A stretch of DNA of 64,000 nucleotides from Eledone cirrhosa (GCA_964016885.1 OZ024740.1:389918001-389982000); one strand, 5' to 3'; positions 56,356-63,933 are shown, counted from the stretch's first letter. Notes: generated by a model from the letters alone, not told the origin. Program-made: numbers and translations.

Positions 56356-56377
56356 TACATATATGTATGTGTACCTG

Positions 56378-56451
<74 letters not shown>

Positions 56452-56503
56452 TGCTACTGTACGTCTGTCTACATATATGTATGTACGTATACATACATAC
56501 TTA
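56356..56503. repeat. (TA)n-containing cassette, copy 1, fused directly to the end of the satellite
   Basis: TACATATATGTATGTGTACCTGTATGTA-(TA)n-TGCATGCTACTGTACGTCTGT..TACATACATACTTA recurs at 56,781-56,954. Confidence 0.9.
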
Positions 56504-56604
56504 TATTTAAGTAAGTGCCTTACTAAGAGTGAGAAATGAAATTTCGTTTTCATTTTATTACACCTGATTGTTTTCGGTATGCCTGGCCGACATAACTCAC
56601 TCAC

Positions 56605-56673
56605 TCCTGTGTCAGTGTTGAACAAATGATGATAGCTAACAAGTACATCGTTCCTGTGTCAGTGTTGAACAAA
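56605..56673. repeat. 22-bp perfect direct repeat TCCTGTGTCAGTGTTGAACAAA (56,605-56,626 and 56,652-56,673)
   Basis: Read directly; the copies are separated by a 25-bp spacer. Confidence 0.9.
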
Positions 56674-56780
56674 AAGGTGACGTGGTTGCCTTAACACCGT
56701 ACGTTATAAATTCAGGCTGTTCAGTTTGTTTACATACGAACAAAGCAGGCGCTATAATAAGCGTCCGCTAAACTGATACG

Positions 56781-56812
56781 TACATATATGTATGTGTACC
56801 TGTATGTATGTA

Positions 56813-56893
<81 letters not shown>

Positions 56894-56954
56894 TTATATG
56901 CATGCTACTGTACGTCTGTATACATATATGTATGTACGTATACATACATACTTA
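56781..56954. repeat. (TA)n-containing cassette, copy 2
   Basis: Same unique flanks around the (TA)n tract as at 56,356-56,503. Confidence 0.9.
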
Positions 56955-57537
56955 CATATATATATATAGAAAAGATGAATATATAATGAAAGTGCTTTTA
57001 TAAAGGAATTTATTAGGTATTGACATATGTTTCTGTAACAGACGGAATACCTATGTATCGCTGCTTGCGTAATCATATAATGTTAGCAAGTATTCGATAG
57101 CAAATGTATAATCAGTTGTCACTTCTTCAGAGATATCGGATAAATTGGAAAAAATCAGAAAAATCAAAGTATTTATATTAGTTGTAAGAAAGGAAGAAAA
57201 GAAGGGATAGTATATGACAGGTGGCAATTCAATTTGCTGGTAAACAAGTATATAGAATGAGAATACAATGAGTATATGGCTTATTTTATCTAAATAAGAA
57301 TATTTGGGAGTGCCTATTTTAATCTATATTTGACCAGTTGAACAATGGACAGGGCTGGTCGTTTGGTGTAGTAGTATTAATACAGATATAAAGTGTCAAG
57401 TAAGGAAGAGAGGGATTTTCACTGCTACTGTATAACAACAATGCTGGTAGCCTGCTGGTATATGCATTAAGGAATTGAATTAAGAAATCTCATTTTATCT
57501 ATAGCAGTTTATATTAAATGGTAAAGAATAGAAGAGT

Positions 57538-57674
<137 letters not shown>

Positions 57675-58297
57675 CTGGGCTGGTCGCCGTCAAAATGGTT
57701 TTCATTCTTTCATCGTAAGAATGCTTGATCAGGGATAACATGTGGCTAAACAACACCAGCTTTCTGAAATTCTTACCTTAGACATTATATTAAAAAAGTA
57801 AGAAACAAAGGTTAATTACTCAGAAACGCCATCTACATGAAAAACAATAGTTAAGTTAGTGCTAACATATTTAATGCAATGAACATTAAAAATCCAATTA
57901 GAAATACTTACGTGGTAAGGGAAAGACAACATTAGCAAATGACAAATAAGAATGGGAGATAACTCTAGACGTGTTTCGGTGTTACTAGACCACCCCAGTG
58001 AAACAGCATTCGCTGTATTTAGCAAAGTAATGACAGAATCGCTAAGTAGGTTTAGAATATATATATAATTTTTTTTGGCAGTACTAGGAAATTTTATTCA
58101 CATTTATATAAATAACATTACAAATGAAAAAGAGGTTATACAATAATGGAAATATGAAAACGAGAGACAAAAACAAAATTGAGTAACGAGAAAAAAGGGA
58201 AGGGGTGACGAAGGGTAGATCTGGCTGTATGGGAAAGTAAAGGAAAGGAATAATCATGCCATAAATGAGAACGCAAAAAATCGTGAAGAATTAGTAT

Positions 58298-58403
58298 ATA
58301 TAAAAAATATAATTCTCTAAGCTTAATTAATCAGAGACAAGTTAGTGTTAATATAAAAAATATAATTCTCTAAGCTTAATTAATCAGAGACAAGTTAGTG
58401 TTA
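58298..58403. repeat. Perfect 53-bp tandem duplication
   Basis: ATATAAAAAATATAATTCTCTAAGCTTAATTAATCAGAGACAAGTTAGTGTTA at 58,298-58,350 and 58,351-58,403. Confidence 0.95.
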
Positions 58404-58829
58404 GCATACTTTAGTCACCTCATCACTAATTGATTGTTACTGTTCAGCTCTGAACAAGCAAACCTATAAACAACAAGCATTCCTGACAAATAATCCTGTA
58501 TTTCTTTCAGAAATAGTGTATCTAGCATTCCGTTACTCATTGTATTCATTTTTTAGACGATAGTGTATGACTAGATATAGCTGTCATTTGATGCAGAAGC
58601 CCTATCGTTGGTTTATTGTGCACTAATTATGTGAGTCCGGGAAGATAAAACTATCTACGACTCCTAAAACCCAATCGATTCAATAGCTGAATGAAAACTA
58701 CCACATGTCTACATGTCCAATTTGCCTTATCGTCTGCGATCGTTAATAAGCGCTGTGTGAAATGCCAATGAATGAACAAATAAGACATGATCGCTACTAA
58801 AATATATTCATTAAATTAATAATCTGATA

Positions 58830-58980
58830 CGAGGCTATTGTGGACAATGTCAACTTATGGACTGGACTTGATATTTGCTCTTTGAACTCTGCTGCTGGTG
58901 ATCGAACTTTGTGGAGATATCACATGTTAATGCGCAGTCTGCAACTGGCGGAGTTTAACGTCACAAGAGAAGAGAGGTAA
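58830..58980 (+). mobile_element. Probable 3' end of a 5'-truncated RTE-like LINE
   Basis: From 58,840 it translates as VDNVNLWTGLDICSLNSAAGDRTLWR, resembling the W.D.I..WTG...A.DR..WR C-terminus of RTE-clade ORFs. It ends in a short AAGAG-type repeat. Confidence 0.5.
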
Positions 58981-59242
58981 AGCGGTATTTTACCTCAGCC
59001 ATATTATTGATATTCATAATCAATAGCACTATACTCCCGCCCCCTCTCTCTTTCCATACACACACACACATATTGATCGTTCTTAATCTTGATTACTATG
59101 TAGAATATACTTCACCGGAGAGGTCTAATAAAAAGAAACATGTCCACTGCTTTCACCAGTTAATTTTAATGATCAGATTCGCCCTCATCGCCTAGTCATG
59201 GTTTCTGGTAAATATGAAGCCAATCTGGTTTTCATTTCCACC

Positions 59243-59429
59243 CAGTGCCGAATTTACCATTGTGCTTAGTGTGCTTAAGCACAGGGTCCCGTTGACCAGG
59301 AAGGGAGGGGGGTATCTTCCTGCCAAAAACCTTTTTTTTTACGATGAATTTACCTCCTTCAGGGCCCAAGTAAGGAGGGCCTCATAACTTAACTAGCACA
59401 GGGCCTCATTTGTCCTAAATCCAGCACTG
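59243..59429. mobile_element. 187-bp non-autonomous hAT-type MITE
   Basis: TIRs CAGTGCCGAATTTA / TAAATCCAGCACTG are 12/14 complementary. A perfect 8-bp TSD TTTCCACC sits at 59,235-59,242 and 59,430-59,437. Subterminal AGCACAGGG and AGGGCC motifs are repeated. An 8-bp TSD with CAG termini is typical of the hAT superfamily. Confidence 0.88.
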
Positions 59430-59624
59430 TTTCCACCTCAATTGCAAGTGACCAGTTGGATGTCTGACTTTCTGTAAAGTTTCTGTTGCATATGGTTAAG
59501 TCATTAGTGTAGCAGAACTCTAAAAACCGTGATCGTTCTTCATTTTATAGTGATATATCCATAAGCGTCCAAATGTACCGGTGTATATATAATAAGGTAG
59601 CCAATTAGCAATTAGTAATTAGTA

Positions 59625-59740
59625 GAGTTGTTAAAGGTCGAATAGAATGCCTTGTGGTATCTGATCTGGTTCCCTGCGTTATGAGTTCAAATCTCACCGA
59701 GGCCAACTTAATCTTCCATCCTTTCAGAGGCAGTAAATAA
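59625..59740 (+). mobile_element. Degenerate fragment of the same tRNA-derived SINE family as 60,489-60,909
   Basis: B-box GAGTTCAAATC at 59,683, followed by CACCGAGG..C..CCATCCTTT, parallels the downstream SINE copies. Confidence 0.6.
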
Positions 59741-60092
59741 ACCGTCTGAAAGCAACTCCTGCTACGACACTGGTTCCAAGCTACATCAGCCCTGTTGGTA
59801 TTTGTTGTGTTCGTCATTTCTTCAACAACAAATAGACTTTGCTTCATATATACCTCAAAACCGATTGTCCTCGTCGCTAAGACTTTCACATCAATCTGTA
59901 AAAAACATACATTTCTATAACTTCTTTGTTTATGCTTGGATTTTTAAGATAATCAACAATTTTTTTTTTTTTTTTGTCGTTTAATCCCAAGTAACAGATC
60001 TTTTATTTCTAGGATAAGGTTACAAGTTCCTTGAACAAAATCAAGCGATGTTTATCTTCTGGTGACGAGATTCAAAAATACCTCTTCTAAAT

Positions 60093-60110
60093 TGGTGACC
60101 CCGACGTGAT
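60093..60110 (+). other. 18-nt tRNA-Trp primer-binding-site sequence TGGTGACCCCGACGTGAT
   Basis: Exact reverse complement of the mature 3' end of animal tRNA-Trp(CCA) (ATCACGTCGGGGTCACCA, including the post-transcriptionally added CCA). It is the same sequence as the avian sarcoma/leukosis virus PBS (recalled, not searched). Confidence 0.8.
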
Positions 60111-60254
60111 ACAATAATACACAAACAAATATTAACATTCATAACAACCCATACTAAATTGGTGAACATCCACAAAAATACCTCTTCTAAACACACAAAG
60201 AAAAGAGAAAGGGGAAAGGGTGACAGACTCTACACCTGGAGTGGTATTTCGGCT

Positions 60255-60362
60255 GCACCCTGCGGACAAAATGGCAAGGGCGTTACCGTGGACAATGGCC
60301 AGTGACACTTGCTGCAACAGCTACTCCAACTCGCTGAGTTCGCTCTTCAGACTGGCTGTTGT
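60255..60362 (-). mobile_element. Remnant of the C-terminus of a CRE-clade-like (restriction-like endonuclease) non-LTR retrotransposon
   Basis: The minus strand reads SELE*LLQQVSLAIVHGNALAILSAG, resembling the terminal QRLSLAIQRGNA motif of CRE/SLACS-type ORFs; it contains an in-frame stop. Confidence 0.6.
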
Positions 60363-60488
60363 CATTCCGATTGAAGAAACAAGAGCATAGTATGAGAACC
60401 CGATAAAGCAATTGACCTGTTGCAATTGCTGCATTGCAGCTTAATATGTTGGCAAAAGGTTTGAATAATTATTATATTAGTCTTACAA

Positions 60489-60675
60489 GGGCGGTAGATT
60501 GGCAGAATCGGTAGAGCGTCGGACGACATGCTTTGCGACATAAAGTTACAGCCCTTTACATTCTGAGTTAAAATCCCGTCGAGGTTAGCTTTGCCTTTCA
60601 TCGTTAAGGATTCGATAAAATAAAACACCAGTAATGCACTGGGTAATTGCTGGCCTTGTGTCAAAAGTAGAAACA
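60489..60675 (+). mobile_element. tRNA-derived SINE, copy 1 (about 29 bp shorter than copy 2 because of an internal deletion)
   Basis: A-box-like TGGCAGAATCGG, degenerate B-box GAGTTAAAATCC and 3' GGCCTTGTG..AAAGTAGAAACA. Flanked by the 18-bp direct repeat ATTATATTAGTCTTACAA. Confidence 0.85.
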
Positions 60676-60693
60676 ATTATATTAGTCTTACAA

Positions 60694-60909
60694 GGGCGGC
60701 GGATTGGCAGAATCAGTAGAGCGTCGGGCACCTTGCTAAACGCAGCAGAGTTACGGCCCTTTATGTTCTGAGTTCAAATCCCACCGAGGTTAGCTTTGCC
60801 TTTCATCTTTAAGAGATCTATAAAATAAAGTAACAGTAATGCTCTGGTGTCGATTTAATCGACTTCTCCTCCCTTTCAAATTGTTGGCCTTGTGCCTAAA
60901 GTAGAAACA
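60694..60909 (+). mobile_element. tRNA-derived SINE, copy 2 (full length; resembles octopus tRNA-SINE families)
   Basis: A-box-like TGGCAGAATCAG, B-box GAGTTCAAATCC at 60,770-60,781 and an internal hairpin GTCGATTTAATCGAC. Flanked by the same 18-bp direct repeat. Confidence 0.87.
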
Positions 60910-60940
60910 ATTATATTAGTCTTACAAAACACACTAACCG

Positions 60941-60971
60941 AAATAAATAAATAAATAAATAAATAAATAAA
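60941..60971. repeat. (AAAT)n microsatellite
   Basis: Read directly. Confidence 0.95.
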
Positions 60972-61403
60972 CAAAAGCAGACTTTTTAATTTAACTTATT
61001 TAAGTTATTGGAGAATAAGTCAAAATGTGAGAAAGCACATAGTAGTAATATTTATCATGAACAGCTTCGCTTATTTCATGTGTATTGACTCATTTCAAGT
61101 ATTGACTCAGTAAGATAACTTAGTATGTTTTTAGATATTTTTTTCAAGTTGTGAGTATAATTCACTTAATGAACCTTACGATGTATAGCCTGAGACATTT
61201 CCACCAATGAAATGACGAACAATACAAATATGTGACATATTTTTCCTACCTTCATTCATTCATATGTGTTTCATAGATTCAACGAATACATTATATAAGG
61301 CAAGCGCACACACGCATACACATACACAGGGCTGTTAATATGTGTATATATCACATATCAACGACCGTCCGGTGAATGTAGCTTACAACTTACTCCATTC
61401 CCT

Positions 61404-61773
61404 TACTGTCGGGTCACAAATAATTGGGTGGTGGCTGGTAGAATAAGCGGCTGTGGAGAAATAGTATTTTTCCTAGTTTGTCTCCGTTGATTTTTTTTTT
61501 AAATCAGAATTAGTCGTATAACTTACATATTGGTTTGAGGGCTCTGCTCCCACAGGGAGGAGGAGGAGTTTTCATATTGAGACCCCAACCCATCCTATTT
61601 ATTTTATAACGTATTATAAAGAAAATTAATTGTTGCAAGAATGGTACTACTTAAAATAAAATTCCGCCGGAGATAGATAAGCAAAATTTAATAAGAGGCG
61701 GGAAGGGGGTCTGAAAAATTAAAAAGTGTATGTGTGTGTGGAGGGAGGGGGGATTATTTAAGACCCGCGAGTA
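61404..61773. mobile_element. Putative old MITE with degenerate TIRs and TA ends (Tc1/mariner-type)
   Basis: TACTGTCGGGTCACAAATAAT (61,404-61,424) matches the reverse complement of 61,753-61,773 (TACTCGCGGGTCTTAAATAAT) at 17/21 positions. Both ends terminate in TA. Confidence 0.5.
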
Positions 61774-61836
61774 ATTGAATTAATTGAGCATCTGTATGCA
61801 TGTGGCATGAGAGAGAGAGAGAGGGTTTGTGTGTGT

Positions 61837-61907
61837 GTGAAATATTTGGCTTAAAAAGCACTCGAATTTCTTTGTGCAGTAGAATTGTCGGTTGGTATTT
61901 CCGTTGC
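61837..61907. repeat. 71-bp direct repeat, copy 1 (copy 2 at 63,246-63,316), flanking the RTE LINE
   Basis: GTGAAATATTTRGCTTAAAAAGCACTC..ATTTCTTTGTGCAGTAGAATTGTCGGTTGGTATTTCCGTTGC is 68/71 identical between copies. Both copies are preceded by (GA)n and TG-rich sequence. Confidence 0.93.
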
Positions 61908-61917
61908 TTTATTTAAC

Positions 61918-61957
<40 letters not shown>

Positions 61958-62052
61958 TTCTTCTTCTTCTTCTTCTTCTTCTTCTTCTTCTTCTTCTTCT
62001 TCTTCTTCTTCTTCTTCTTCTTCTTCTTCTTCTTCTTCTTCTTCTTCTTCTT
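61918..62052 (-). repeat. (CAT)13(CTT)~32 compound triplet repeat, likely the (GAA)n(GAT)n 3' tail of the minus-strand RTE LINE
   Basis: Read directly. It abuts the 3' end of the LINE homology, and RTE-clade elements end in short tandem repeats. Confidence 0.9.
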
Positions 62053-63066
62053 CCAGCGGGTCCTGTCAGAAACAACCGTCTCCAGTTAATCTGGCTGGGT
62101 CCCCAAGCGAGACTAGCCAACCTTATGGATGTTATCCAACCATTTTCTTCAGGGTCTCTTGCCGGTTGGTTTTGCCTGTAAGATCTGTCCAGCGATTCTT
62201 TCTTGAGACATTCTAAACACATGCTCGCAGTATCAGAGCTGTGATCTCTCAATTCGGAGAAGTAACGACTCTATCTGGAGTGACTCTCTGATCTCCGAGC
62301 TACGCATTCTATCGAGTAACGTTACTCCAAAGACCCTTCGGAGGAATCCCATTTCGGCCGCTTGTATTCGTGGTCGTATAGAGATCAGGGTAGCAAAAGG
62401 TTGACCATCGATGCCATACTCCTGCAAAACCTTCCACAGTAGGTCCCAAAGAACGCCATCATATGTATTTTCGAGGTCAACAAAACAAGAATATACCTCT
62501 TGGCAATACTCCCACGATTTCTCGAAGTCCTGCCGCTGTGTGAATATTTAGCCGGCTGTGCTGCGTCTGAGGCGAAAACCGCACTGTTCATCAACTAGCT
62601 TGGACTAGACAATATTCCTGCACCCCCTTACCAGACACTGAGCATAAACTTTAACGGGGAAGTTTAACAAGGAGATCCCTCGGTGATTGGAACAATCTCT
62701 CTTGTCTCCCTTTTTGAAAATTTGGAATATCACTCCCGATTGCCATTGCTTAGGTGCCTTTCCTGAGATCCAGGCCACACAACAATCACGAGTCAGCCAG
62801 AGAATACCTTCTCTATTTAAAGCTTTTAACATCCCGGACCGGATTTCATCTTCCCTAGTGTCACATTTGATCTCTTTAACTGCTCTTGTGACCTCAGCCT
62901 CCGAGAGATTAGTCACCGTTCCCAGATGTACCTCGTGACATCAGAAGATGATATTATGATTGGGTTTAGGAGATCAGCAACGTAATCTTTCCACCTCGTG
63001 AGGATGCACCTCTCTGAAGAGAGGAGAATCTCAGACGCGTTCCTGATAGTAGGTGTGGAGGAGGTC

Positions 63067-63069
<3 letters not shown>
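62053..63069 (-). mobile_element. Degenerate, 5'-truncated and internally deleted RTE-clade (Expander/Rex3-like) LINE reverse-transcriptase pseudogene
   Basis: Minus-strand translations: ILTRWKDYVADLLNP; SEAEVTRAVK..WQSGVIFQIFKKGDKRDCSNHRGISLL (RT N-terminal domains); QEYGIDGQ; then RIQAAEMGFLRRVFGVTLLDRMRSSEIRESLQIESLLLRIERSQL (RTE C-terminal region). It has frameshifts and stops, and the YADD core is absent. Confidence 0.9.
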
Positions 63070-63101
<32 letters not shown>

Positions 63102-63152
63102 AGGGAGTGTAACTTGGAGTTACTGTAGTTTCACCCGGGTGAGAACTCGATA

Positions 63153-63233
<81 letters not shown>
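63070..63233. repeat. Microsatellites (TA)n 63,070-63,099, (TA)n 63,154-63,200 and (AG)n 63,201-63,233
   Basis: Read directly. Confidence 0.97.
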
Positions 63234-63235
<2 letters not shown>

Positions 63236-63245
63236 TTGTGTATGC

Positions 63246-63670
63246 GTGAAATATTTAGCTTAAAAAGCACTCAGATTTCTTTGTGCAGTAGAATTGTCGG
63301 TTGGTATTTCCGTTGCAAAATATTTTCTCCTGATCCACAACTTATTTATTCCATGGGTTTTGAGGGATTGTTATGTCAACTAAATGCAAGTCACTCACTA
63401 CACTTGCCTCACTGAGGTGACCCTGATAAAAAAAAAAGCAGGCCATAGTCAGTGTCAAAACCCCTCATTTCTGGAGCCAGTCGGATTGTCCAGTATTGAT
63501 GAGATGATCTTATCCTTTGCCTTTGGGCTTGGGGTAGATACCTCATATAGGAAACGTGGGGTCAGTGCATTAATAGCCGAACAGGAAACAATTATGAAAT
63601 ACCATGAATTATCAACGGGCTACTTTTTCCAGGCTTAGGTGTTGGAGACGTCCGAAGGACTGGGTTGCTG
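63246..63670 (+). mobile_element. Highly degenerate remnant of a CRE-clade-like non-LTR retrotransposon (zinc-knuckle / restriction-like endonuclease region)
   Basis: Patchwork + strand translation RIVGWYFRCKIFSP..GFEGLLCQLNA..KKAG..PSFLEPVGLS..ALIAEQETIMKYHELSTGYFFQA*VLETSEGLG. It follows the order of the CRE-type motifs RIAV.LRLG / GLHGL.C / PS.LEP.GL / AE..K..KY..L...Y.F.P...ET.G..G. Confidence 0.55.
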
Positions 63671-63871
63671 ACAATGATGTAGGTTCTTGTTATTGTTGTG
63701 GCTCGTCTTTATTCAAATATCCAGTGATGTTCATGAGTGTGCTTGACTATTACAGCGTTTTAGCTTCTCTACCATCATCAGTAATAATGCCATAAGTGCC
63801 ATGGGTTGCTTCAATTGCTTCAAAGATTTTTAGAGGAAAACACCAACATTCCATGACGCTTGTCATTCAGC

Positions 63872-63872
<1 letters not shown>

Positions 63873-63933
<61 letters not shown>
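63873..63933. repeat. (TA)n microsatellite
   Basis: Read directly. Confidence 0.98.

Larger units (their letters stand above)
1..56356. repeat. Large tandem satellite array: 33-bp monomer (consensus GTCGGAGTTAGAACCTCTATTTATTCATGTTCT) interspersed with a 19-bp truncated monomer (GTCGSAGTTAGAACCTCTT); left end lies outside the window
   Basis: The monomer is read directly throughout, all in one orientation, with no foreign insertion seen. The last partial monomer ...AGAACCTCTATTTAT ends at 56,356. The 11-aa periodic ORFs ([11 protein letters not shown] / [11 protein letters not shown]) confirm the 33-bp period. Confidence 0.99.

Noticed and set aside
1-56356. CRISPR array (repeat length ~33 bp, partial dyad AGAAC..GTTCT)
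   Set aside because: There are no unique spacers and no cas genes, and the context is eukaryotic (SINEs, LINEs, microsatellites).
1-56356. AGAAC/GTTCT inverted pentamers as steroid-receptor or heat-shock elements, or a strong cruciform
   Set aside because: The spacings (14 and 9 bp) fit neither AGAACAnnnTGTTCT nor nGAAn phasing, and 5-7-bp stems are too weak to support a structural claim.
7-56539. Long + strand ORFs with 11-aa repeats ([22 protein letters not shown]) as a giant repetitive protein
   Set aside because: A 33-bp monomer with two stop-free frames makes such ORFs automatically. The 19-bp units shift the frame about 130 times, TGA/TAA variants interrupt one frame, and most listed starts are TTG/GTG. 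Common variants are synonymous in either frame with no obvious preference, and no unique coding flank exists.
60060-60092. 33-bp spacing between TGGTGA motifs and a shared ACCTCTT suggesting kinship with the satellite
   Set aside because: Similarity is limited to about 7 bp and is most likely coincidental.
60489-60909. Functional tRNA genes
   Set aside because: A/B-box-like motifs are present, but I cannot fold a cloverleaf. The TSDs, non-tRNA 3' body and a third degenerate copy indicate SINEs.
61885-62252. Poly-His/Leu, poly-Ile/Phe and poly-Arg ORFs
   Set aside because: These are translations of the (CAT)n(CTT)n LINE tail.
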